From assembly GCA_048213135.1 (NCBI GenBank), contig PS015009.1, positions 1,054,001-1,118,000 on the forward strand: a DNA stretch of 64,000 nt, read 5' to 3'. Shown piece after piece: positions 8,490-16,667 of the stretch. The notes under the pieces are model-generated. The model saw only the letters and a program-made list of their open reading frames with translations. It did not search any database and was not told where the DNA came from. Each line of letters opens with the position of its first letter. Position 1 is the stretch's first letter. This DNA comes from Reclinomonas americana ATCC 50394. Lineage: Eukaryota. Both the position numbers and the translations under genes were made by a program.

Positions 8490-11327
8490 ATGTCTAAGAA
8501 ATTATTTTTACTGGATGCCTACGCCCTTATTTTCAGGGCGTACTATGCGCTCATCCGCAGCCCGCGTATTACCAGCAAGGGCCGTAATACCAATGCTCAG
8601 TTTGGTTTTACCAATACCCTGCTGGACCTGATCAAAAACCAGCAACCCACGCATATGGCCGTGTGCTTTGACACCGCCGCCGCCACGGAACGCCATACCG
8701 ATTTTGCCGATTATAAGGCCAATCGCCAGGAAACACCGGAAGACATCCGCGAGTCGGTGCCCGACATTCAGCGCATCATAGAAGGCATGAACATTCCTGT
8801 AATAGGAATCGACGGTTATGAGGCAGATGATGTAATTGGCGCCCTGGCCAAAAAAGCGGAAAAAGAAGGCTACGAGGTATACATGGTAACGCCGGATAAA
8901 GACTACGGCCAGCTGGTTACGGAAAACATTAAAATATACAAGCCGCCTTACCAGGGCAGCAACTTTGAAATACTGGGTCCGAAAGAGGTTTGCGAAAAAT
9001 GGGACATCGAAAATGTGAACCAGGTGATTGACATTTTAGGTATGATGGGCGACGCGGTGGACAATATCCCCGGCATACCCGGCGTGGGCGAAAAAACAGC
9101 AGCCAAATTGTTAAAGGAATATGGCAGCCTGGAAAAAGTCCTGGAAAATGCCGCGAACATCAAAGGCAAACTCGGCGAAAAAATTGTCGCGGGTAAAGAG
9201 CTGGCCATCATGAGCAAGAAACTGGCCACCATCATCACCGATGTGCCGGTTGAATTTCATGAAGAGAATTTCCGCATCAAGGAGATGAACAAAGACCTGC
9301 TGCGCACCGTTTTCGCCGAACTGGAATTTAAAACACTGGGCAAACGCATACTGGGAGAAGAAACCGAAGGCGGGCAAACCGTTACCACTGCTTCCTCCGC
9401 CCCTGCCAAACCCGCACAACAGCAGATGGATCTTTTCGGCAACATCATTGAGCCCGAGCCGGCGCCCGTTGCAGCAACTTCCGCCCCGTCGGAAGATGGC
9501 GTGGCCGATAAGAATATCCACAATACCCCGCATGAATACCTCCTCATCAATTCAGAAAAAGAAGCGGCTGAACTGGTGAAACTGCTGAAGAAAGAAAAAG
9601 AGATCTGCTTTGATACGGAAACCACCGGCATTGACCCCAACCTGGCCGAACTGGTGGGACTGAGTTTTTCCGTAGAACCCGGCAAAGGGTGGTATGTGAA
9701 CTGTCCGCCCGACCGCGATGCCTGTCTCTCGTTGCTTGAACTGTTCCGCCCGTTGTTTGACGATACTTCCAAAACCTGGATTGGACAGAATATCAAGTAC
9801 GATATGCTGATGATGAAGTGGTACGGTATTGAACTGAAAGGAGAGATATTTGATACCATGCTGGCCCATTACGTGATTGAGCCCGACGGCAAACGCGGCA
9901 TGGACGCACTGAGCGCCAAATACCTGGGTTATGAGCCGGTGCATATTGAAGAACTGATCGGCAAAAAAGGAAAAGGACAGGGCACCATGCGTGACGTGGA
10001 ACTGGATAAGATAAAAGACTATGCCGCGGAAGATGCCGACATCACCCTTCAGCTGAAAAACATTTTCCTGCCCCAGCTGGGAGAGAAAAAAGTGGACCGT
10101 GTTTTTTACGAAGTGGAGAACCCATTGGTGAAAGTGCTTACGGCTATGGAGTTTGAAGGCATACGCATTGATGAAGAATTCCTTCGCGATTACAGCAAAC
10201 AACTGGAGAAAGACGCCAAAGTAAGCGAGGAAGCGGTATACGAACAGGCCGGTGTGCGGTTTAACCTGGCCTCTCCCAAACAACTGGGCGAAGTATTATT
10301 TGAAAAACTGCAACTTGATCCCAAAGCGAAGAAAACCAAAACAGGTCAGTACGCTACCGGTGAAGATGTGCTGACCAAACTGGCGGTTCAGCATAAGATA
10401 TGCGACGACATCCTCGCCTTCCGCGAACTGACCAAGTTAAAGAATACATACGTTGACGCCCTCCCCGAACTGGTGAACCCCAAAACAGGCCGTGTGCATA
10501 CTTCCTATGCGCAGGCTGTGGCAGTAACCGGCAGGCTGAGCAGCAACAATCCCAACCTGCAGAACATTCCCGTACGTACAGAAAGGGGCCGCGAGATAAG
10601 AAAAGCGTTCATTCCCCGTGATAAGGACCATGTGCTGTTGTCGGCCGACTATTCACAAATTGAACTCCGCATTGTGGCGGCCATCAGCGGCGACGTTAAT
10701 ATGTGTGATGCTTTCCGCACGGGGCGTGACATCCATACTGCTACCGCGGCTAAAGTATTTGGGGTGGAAGAAAAAGAAGTGACCAAGGAAATGCGGTACA
10801 AAGCCAAGAGCGTGAACTTTGGTATCATATACGGACAAGGTGCATTCGGACTGGCGGAGAACCTGGGTATATCGCGTACCGAAGCCAAAGAGATCATCGA
10901 CAATTACAAAAAGCAATTTCCCAACATCCAGAAATACATGGATGATACCATCAACTTTGCCAAAGAGAACGGCTACGTGGAAACATTGATGGGCCGTAAA
11001 CGCTGGCTGCGTGACATCAACTCCGCCAACTTTACCGTACGGGGTTTTGCGGAACGCAACGCCATCAACTCACCGATACAGGGCTCCGCGGCGGACATGA
11101 TCAAGCTGGCCATGATCAGGATACACGAGGCTTTTCTTAAAAATAAGTTCCGTTCCAAAATGCTGTTGCAGGTGCATGATGAATTGGTGTTTGACGCCCA
11201 CCGCGACGAGATCGAACTCATTAAACCTGTTATCCTGGAATGTATGCAATCGGCGCTGGCACTGCCCCAGGGCGTACCTACCGACGCGGAAGTGGGTATG
11301 GGGGAGAATTGGCTGGCAGCACATTAA
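8490..11327 (+). CDS. polA: DNA polymerase I
   Basis: 5'-3' exo (LFLLDAYALIFRAYY, EADD, GDAVDNIPGIPGVGEKTA), 3'-5' exo FDTETTG, polymerase ADYSQIELR, KSVNFGIIYG, LQVHDELVF. Confidence 0.99.
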   Translation: MSKKLFLLDAYALIFRAYYALIRSPRITSKGRNTNAQFGFTNTLLDLIKNQQPTHMAVCFDTAAATERHTDFADYKANRQETPEDIRESVPDIQRIIEGMNIPVIGIDGYEADDVIGALAKKAEKEGYEVYMVTPDKDYGQLVTENIKIYKPPYQGSNFEILGPKEVCEKWDIENVNQVIDILGMMGDAVDNIPGIPGVGEKTAAKLLKEYGSLEKVLENAANIKGKLGEKIVAGKELAIMSKKLATIITDVPVEFHEENFRIKEMNKDLLRTVFAELEFKTLGKRILGEETEGGQTVTTASSAPAKPAQQQMDLFGNIIEPEPAPVAATSAPSEDGVADKNIHNTPHEYLLINSEKEAAELVKLLKKEKEICFDTETTGIDPNLAELVGLSFSVEPGKGWYVNCPPDRDACLSLLELFRPLFDDTSKTWIGQNIKYDMLMMKWYGIELKGEIFDTMLAHYVIEPDGKRGMDALSAKYLGYEPVHIEELIGKKGKGQGTMRDVELDKIKDYAAEDADITLQLKNIFLPQLGEKKVDRVFYEVENPLVKVLTAMEFEGIRIDEEFLRDYSKQLEKDAKVSEEAVYEQAGVRFNLASPKQLGEVLFEKLQLDPKAKKTKTGQYATGEDVLTKLAVQHKICDDILAFRELTKLKNTYVDALPELVNPKTGRVHTSYAQAVAVTGRLSSNNPNLQNIPVRTERGREIRKAFIPRDKDHVLLSADYSQIELRIVAAISGDVNMCDAFRTGRDIHTATAAKVFGVEEKEVTKEMRYKAKSVNFGIIYGQGAFGLAENLGISRTEAKEIIDNYKKQFPNIQKYMDDTINFAKENGYVETLMGRKRWLRDINSANFTVRGFAERNAINSPIQGSAADMIKLAMIRIHEAFLKNKFRSKMLLQVHDELVFDAHRDEIELIKPVILECMQSALALPQGVPTDAEVGMGENWLAAH

Positions 11328-11329
11328 TC

Positions 11330-11420
11330 AATTACAAATTACGAATTACGAATGCCTTCAAATTTGATGATGCCCTGATCGACATACCCATTCGTAATTC
11401 GTAATTTAAAATTCGTAATT
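11330..11420. repeat. Inverted heptamer (AATTACG) repeat hairpin
   Basis: AATTACAAATTACGAATTACGAATG ... CATTCGTAATTCGTAATTTAAAATTCGTAATT. Confidence 0.75.
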
Positions 11421-11423
11421 CAA

Positions 11424-12074
11424 ATGACCCCTCTTCTTATATACTGCTACGACGCCTACTGCGGCTGGTGTTACGGCTTCAGTCCCGTGATGAAAAAAGT
11501 CATGGAGGAATTCGGTGACCGCCTAGATATAGAAGTACTGAGCGGCGGCATGATGACGGGTGACAATGTACGCTCCATAGCCGTGATGGGGCCTTATATA
11601 CAGGGCGCCTATACAAGGGTGGAAGAATTGACCGGCATCCGCTTTGGGGAGGATTTTTTATGGCATGTATTTCACCCTCAGGAAAGCGATTGGGTGATGA
11701 ACTCGGAAAAACCGGCCATCGCCCTCTGCATTTTTAAAGAACAACAACCCGAACGGCAGCTGGAATTCGCTTCAGACCTGCAATACGCCCTCAACTACGA
11801 AGGACGTGATCTTGATGATAACGAAGCCTACCGTCATTTACTGGAGAAATATGCGTTGAACGCTGAAGATTTTTATACCAAACTGGCCAGCGATGAATAC
11901 CGGGAGAAGGCCCAATACGAGTTCTCTCTTTGCCGCCAGCTGCAGGTGGACAGCTTTCCGCAAGTGCTCCTCCAACTCTCCGATTCCAAATTTTTCCTGC
12001 TCACCAAAGGCTTTACCCCATACGAGGAACTGCAGCTCCGTATAAGAGCTGTACTGGAAGAACAGGCCCAATAA
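11424..12074 (+). CDS. DsbA family protein
   Basis: YDAYCGWCYGF CxxC, V.SFP cis-Pro motif. Confidence 0.9.
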   Translation: MTPLLIYCYDAYCGWCYGFSPVMKKVMEEFGDRLDIEVLSGGMMTGDNVRSIAVMGPYIQGAYTRVEELTGIRFGEDFLWHVFHPQESDWVMNSEKPAIALCIFKEQQPERQLEFASDLQYALNYEGRDLDDNEAYRHLLEKYALNAEDFYTKLASDEYREKAQYEFSLCRQLQVDSFPQVLLQLSDSKFFLLTKGFTPYEELQLRIRAVLEEQAQ

Positions 12075-12164
12075 GTTCACATTATTGATTTTTTGCTTTG
12101 ATTCCCGGGTTCCGGGTTGTATTTTTCATGCCCGCGACTATTTTCAAACCTCAAATATTTATTT

Positions 12165-12830
12165 ATGAAGAAAACTATCGTAACGATCTGCACAGCTACC
12201 GTGGTGTTATTTTCCTGCAACAGCGGCGAAAAAGACAAAGCCACTACAGAAAAAACTGAAGTAAAGGAAGAAAAGAAAACCGGCGATACCGCAACGGCCC
12301 CATCAGGCATCGACCCTAAAGACACGGCAGCGGTAATGAAAGCCTGGAACGACTTCAAAACGCCCGGCCCCATGCACAAATGGCTGAACGAACAGGCCGG
12401 CACCTGGACGGGCGAAGCTTCACAATGGATGGACCCCTCCGCCCCGCCTGTGAAAAGCAAAGTAAGTATAGTAAATACCAATATCCTGAACGGGCTTTAC
12501 CAGGAATCCAAATTCACCGGCAGCATGTTTGGCGCTCCTTTTGAAGGCCGCAGCACTACAGGCTACGATAACGTGAAAAAGGTGTTCGTAAGCACCTGGA
12601 TCGATAATTCCGGCTCGGGCATCGTTGTTATGACGGGTACCTGGGATGATGCCACTAAAACACTGAATATGAAGGGGAAACAAAGCGACCCGGTTTCGGG
12701 TAAGGAATCGGACATCCGTGAGGAACTGAAGGTTGTAGATACCAATACACAGGTAATGACCATGTATGGTACCGGATGGGATGGCAAGGAAACGAAATTT
12801 ATGGAGTGCACCCTTACCCGGAAGAAATAA
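12165..12830 (+). CDS. DUF1579-like lipoprotein
   Basis: LFSC lipobox; TPGPMH, GTWTG, FEGRSTTGYDN..K.FVSTWIDN. Confidence 0.85.
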   Translation: MKKTIVTICTATVVLFSCNSGEKDKATTEKTEVKEEKKTGDTATAPSGIDPKDTAAVMKAWNDFKTPGPMHKWLNEQAGTWTGEASQWMDPSAPPVKSKVSIVNTNILNGLYQESKFTGSMFGAPFEGRSTTGYDNVKKVFVSTWIDNSGSGIVVMTGTWDDATKTLNMKGKQSDPVSGKESDIREELKVVDTNTQVMTMYGTGWDGKETKFMECTLTRKK

Positions 12831-12843
12831 AACGATTATACAG

Positions 12844-12880
12844 AAAAAAGAAAATGGCCACTGTACGAATAGTGGCCATT
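12844..12880 (-). terminator. Intrinsic terminator (minus strand)
   Basis: AATGGCCACT/AGTGGCCATT stem; A run on its left gives a U tract on the minus strand. Confidence 0.7.
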
Positions 12881-13069
12881 CCTGTATAGGGTACGGACAT
12901 TGGAATCTTTTACCAACCGCGATATAACTACTACTGTTCTTTCGTAAGGTATGGTGATAGCTTCCGCTACGCTGGCAAAGTAATAAATATCCGGCAACCC
13001 GAATACCCGTTTTAAAACGGTAGTTAGCCAGGTTCCGTTAACAAAAAAAAATCTTATAAGGCGTTCTTT

Positions 13070-13234
13070 TCAGCCCCGGCGGGCTTTACAGTAAGACAGG
13101 CAATAATACAAAATATCCATACCAGGCCTGTGCAGGCGATCGGTGGTAAAAAGGTGAAAAAAAGCCATGATCACGAAGCTGGCGGCGGATAATAATTGCA
13201 GGATGATCGCAATGACAATCCAGTTTTTTTTCAT
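13070..13234 (-). CDS. Possible small membrane protein (54 aa, below the ORF-track cutoff)
   Basis: MKKNWIVIAIILQLLSAASFVIMAFFHLF..., starts 18 bp after the DUF1801 stop. Confidence 0.45.
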   Translation of the reverse strand: MKKNWIVIAIILQLLSAASFVIMAFFHLFTTDRLHRPGMDILYYCLSYCKARRG

Positions 13235-13251
13235 AGCAGCAGTTATAATGA

Positions 13252-13710
13252 TCAGGAGCGCTGCAGCACTTTTTCATACATAGCTATCCAGTCCTGCGGT
13301 GTGATCTTAGCCGTTAGTTCACCAATGAGCTGGTAAGGAATATGTTCCGGCTTTTTGAAACGGACACAACTTTTACCCATATCCAGTTTGGTGGGTACCG
13401 CTTTGGCATAACCATCGGTAAACCATTTCAGCAGTTGGGGATCGCCATAAATACCCATATGGTAAAGGGCTATAAAATTCTTTTGTGAAGCAATGCACAT
13501 AAACGGCAGCGGCAGTTTGGGATCACAATGATATCCCGCCGGGTAAATACTGTGGGGCACTACATAACCGATCATGCCATAACTCATCACCTCCTTAAAC
13601 CCTTTGGGCAGGTTCTTCTTAATTGTTTTGCGGAGTTTGATCATCGCTTCCTTCCGGTCTTCGGGCAGGCTGTCAATATATTCGTCCGGCGTAGCAGCTT
13701 TGGATTGCAT
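13252..13710 (-). CDS. DUF1801 domain protein
   Basis: TPDEYI, SYGMIGYVVPHSIYPAGYHC, ASQKNFIALY, LDMGKSCVRFK. Confidence 0.9.
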   Translation of the reverse strand: MQSKAATPDEYIDSLPEDRKEAMIKLRKTIKKNLPKGFKEVMSYGMIGYVVPHSIYPAGYHCDPKLPLPFMCIASQKNFIALYHMGIYGDPQLLKWFTDGYAKAVPTKLDMGKSCVRFKKPEHIPYQLIGELTAKITPQDWIAMYEKVLQRS

Positions 13711-13722
13711 GGCAGTAATTAT

Positions 13723-14214
13723 TTAGGGTACCCTTGAATAATAAAAGTTACTTCTTTTTTTGCTGTTATCCACGGCATCGTCTATCCAGGCATGTACAGA
13801 ATCTTTATTGATAAGTTTATAGCAGATGCGTTTGGGAAAATCGTGCTGCAGGTTCTCAAAAACAAACAGGCTGTCGGTAATGCTTGCCAGTTTGAAAGAA
13901 ACAGGCTGTTTCTGGTTTTGTTCTTCAACAGTGGAAATATAAAAAATGCCGTCTCTTGTCCGGCGCAGGGCCACCCTTTCAGTAACGGTTGTATCTGTGC
14001 CTTTGATGATGTAGCCCCTGCTTTGCATATAGTTCTTCCCTACCCGTACCCATTCTTCGCCGATGGCCCCTTTTTTGGTTTTCATCATCCAGCGGCCCTG
14101 CAGCATATACAGTTTTTTGAATTCCTTGATATCGGGCGGATCGGTAAAGGCAATACCTGTCCATCCCGCCAGTAGCAGAATAACCAGGCTGATAATGAAG
14201 TGGCGGCTTTTCAT
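13723..14214 (-). CDS. DUF6265-like secreted protein
   Basis: Signal peptide; LQGRW, EEW, FENLQHDFPKRICY. Confidence 0.8.
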   Translation of the reverse strand: MKSRHFIISLVILLLAGWTGIAFTDPPDIKEFKKLYMLQGRWMMKTKKGAIGEEWVRVGKNYMQSRGYIIKGTDTTVTERVALRRTRDGIFYISTVEEQNQKQPVSFKLASITDSLFVFENLQHDFPKRICYKLINKDSVHAWIDDAVDNSKKRSNFYYSRVP

Positions 14215-14223
14215 GCAGTTGTA

Positions 14224-14607
14224 TTATTGCGGAACGGAGTGCAGGCCTATGCGGTTGCCTTCAGTATCAATGAGTACGGCCATAAAACCATAGTCGGGCG
14301 ATATTTCTGTTTTGGGCACCATAATCGTTCCACCCGCTGCTTCCACCCTGTCGAGTACCTGTTGTACATCGGGGTTACCATTGAGGTAGATCAATGGGCC
14401 GTCGGTGGCGGATGGTTTATGGAAACCGCCGCTGTCAACCAAAGCCCCTCCTACCTGGTTCATCATATCATTCAGCGGGAACATCCTCATTTTAATATTG
14501 GGAAGATCCATGGGAATAAGGTTTATACCGAAGATGGTCTCATAAAATTTCTGTGCTCTTTCCAGGTCACTGGCTGGTATTTCGAACCAGCTGATGGCAT
14601 TGTTCAT
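14224..14607 (-). CDS. VOC/glyoxalase family protein
   Basis: WFEIPASDLERAQKFY, VEAAGG, DTEGNRIGLH. Confidence 0.93.
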   Translation of the reverse strand: MNNAISWFEIPASDLERAQKFYETIFGINLIPMDLPNIKMRMFPLNDMMNQVGGALVDSGGFHKPSATDGPLIYLNGNPDVQQVLDRVEAAGGTIMVPKTEISPDYGFMAVLIDTEGNRIGLHSVPQ

Positions 14608-14698
14608 ATGGCTTTAATTTAGATGATCACGGGCCGCGGTACAGCGGCTTTCTTTTTTACAAGATCGACAAAAAATTGGAAAAGGTATTGCTGTTCAT

Positions 14699-14729
14699 AA
14701 AAAAACCCTGCTGCCTTGCGGCAACAGGG
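14699..14729 (-). terminator. Intrinsic terminator (minus strand)
   Basis: CCCTG.TGCC/GGCA.CAGGG stem preceded by A run. Confidence 0.7.
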
Positions 14730-14767
14730 AATCTAACTTAACCAAAAACCACCTTTATTAGTATTTT

Positions 14768-15159
14768 TTAGCGGCCTCCTCCACGCTGTCCCCTTTGCGG
14801 GCGCATGGATGGCTCAATTTCGTCTTTCCATTTTTTGAACTGCTCTTCGGTGAAGATCAGTTTCAGCTTGGCATCCCTTTCGTCTGACAGTTTCTGACGG
14901 TTGGCCCTCATGGCCTCCCTGTCTACCTGCCCGCCGGAAGCCATTGCTTCTTCCATCATTTTCTGACTTTCGCGGTAGAACGTAGCGAAAGCACTGTCGG
15001 TTTTGGCCGACTTATCGGCATCCAGTTTAAAATCAACCAGTTTTTCCTTTACTTCTTTAACTCTTTCTTCAACGGTTTTGCGTTGAAAACCTCCCTGTGC
15101 CATCAGGCCGGTGGTAGTCAGTAAGGCGGCGATGCCCATTACGATGATCTTTTTTTCAT
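14768..15159 (-). CDS. Helical periplasmic protein (Spy/LTXXQ-like), probable frameshift in A7 run after the start
   Basis: ORF 14768-15139 ends ..KLKLIFTEEQFKKW; ATG at 15159 followed by A7 is out of frame. Confidence 0.65.
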
Positions 15160-15230
15160 CTTGTTTTTAATTTTCGATTAAGGATTTATTAATTAGACGA
15201 CATCGTTTGGAAAAACTGTCGCTGTACAAC

Positions 15231-15719
15231 TTATTTTTTCTCCTCTTTTTTTCCGTCGGGATTCCTGCGGTTGAAGACCTTGTAAAAAAGAGAGTCGAAC
15301 TTCGGGCGCTGGGCGTCGGTACACAGGTTACGGATGGAGCGGAGGTGGGTAAACATCTGCACTTCCATGGCTTCCTGGCCACCGGCGGATTGTTTTGCCA
15401 CCTGGCTGATCACAGAATCAGAGAAGCCGCCGGCCGCTAAGGTTTTGAACTGCTCTTCTTTACGGTTGCGCATGTTATCGAATGTGTTTTTCATTCTTTC
15501 CTTATGATTGTCGCTCAGCGTATCATACTGTTTCAGTTGTTCTTTGCTGAAACCGATCTCTTTTTCCAGGAAGGAAGCGATATAGGCTTTCCGGTCGGGA
15601 CGCTGGGGCCTTCCGCCGTCGCGCTGCGACAGGAAAAGGAAGATCATGGCGATGTTGCTCACGAGCAATATGCCAATGATCACGAGAAGCACTTTGTTCC
15701 TGTTTTGTTTTTCTGTCAT
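15231..15719 (-). CDS. Spy/CpxP/ZraP-like periplasmic protein
   Basis: N-terminal TM, EIGFSKEQLKQY, IRNLCTDAQRPKFD. Confidence 0.75.
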   Translation of the reverse strand: MTEKQNRNKVLLVIIGILLVSNIAMIFLFLSQRDGGRPQRPDRKAYIASFLEKEIGFSKEQLKQYDTLSDNHKERMKNTFDNMRNRKEEQFKTLAAGGFSDSVISQVAKQSAGGQEAMEVQMFTHLRSIRNLCTDAQRPKFDSLFYKVFNRRNPDGKKEEKK

Positions 15720-16048
15720 TATGGTTCGGTATTTTCTGTATCGTAAATAGTGGCTACGGTGTAGGAAAATTCATCCTGCCCGCTTTGTACCTGTTCTGCC
15801 ACGGGTTTAGAACCGCCCGGCTGGCTCACAAACATCCACACACAATTGGCCAGTATAAGCGAGCAAAGGGCGAAAGCCACCACGGGCCTGGTCAGGAAAC
15901 GACCGGCCTGCTCCCAGGCAGAAGCCGCATTGTCCATACGGGCGTGGATCCGTGTAAGCAGGTAGGGCCTGGGCTGAGCTCTTTGTATATTGTCTATACT
16001 GCTGAGCGCCTCTTCGGCCAGTTGCTGAATGTGTTTGTCTTTTTCCAT
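15719..16048 (-). CDS. Putative anti-sigma factor (single TM)
   Basis: Directly downstream of ECF sigma; PYLLTRIHAR plus TM helix. Confidence 0.7.
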   Translation of the reverse strand: MEKDKHIQQLAEEALSSIDNIQRAQPRPYLLTRIHARMDNAASAWEQAGRFLTRPVVAFALCSLILANCVWMFVSQPGGSKPVAEQVQSGQDEFSYTVATIYDTENTEP

Positions 16049-16056
16049 AACAATAG

Positions 16057-16638
16057 TTATTTACCGTTACGTTTATAATAGTCTTCCAATATCTTTTTCA
16101 GGTTGCTTTTGGCCCTGGCCATCAGCGATTCCACCGCGGTTACCGTGGTATCCATAATCGTGGCCACTTCCTGGTAACTCTGGTTCTCCATTTTATGCAG
16201 CGTAAAAGCGATACGCTGGTTGTCGGGCAATTGTTTCAGCGCGGCGAACAGGGCACCGGCTCCTTCCTTTTTCTCCAGTTGCACTCCCGGGTGATTGAAC
16301 TCCACACCATATGCCGCCTCTTCTTCCTGCCCGCCAAACAATCCCTGTATGAACCCGAACCGCTTTTTTCTTTTCTTCTTTTTCTCCAGGTCCAGCGACT
16401 TCGTCACGGTTATTTTATACAACCAGGTCGACAGTTTGGATTCACTCCTGAACCCGCCGATGGACTGGTACACCTGTATAAAAACATCCTGCGTTACATC
16501 GTCCGCGTCATCCTCATTCTGCACAATACCCAGCGCGGTGTTGTATACCATACCCTCGTACTCCTCCACCAGCTCACGAAAAGCCGATTCGTCGCCCTGC
16601 TGCAGCCTTACTGCCAGTTCAGATTGGTGGTTGGTCAA
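16057..16638 (-). CDS. ECF RNA polymerase sigma-70 factor
   Basis: GDESAF, DADDVTQDVF, STWLYKI, LPDNQR..SYQEVA..VES...RAK. Confidence 0.95.
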   Translation of the reverse strand: MTNHQSELAVRLQQGDESAFRELVEEYEGMVYNTALGIVQNEDDADDVTQDVFIQVYQSIGGFRSESKLSTWLYKITVTKSLDLEKKKKRKKRFGFIQGLFGGQEEEAAYGVEFNHPGVQLEKKEGAGALFAALKQLPDNQRIAFTLHKMENQSYQEVATIMDTTVTAVESLMARAKSNLKKILEDYYKRNGK

Positions 16639-16667
16639 GTTGGTGGTTTTTGTCCGCTCTAAATTAA

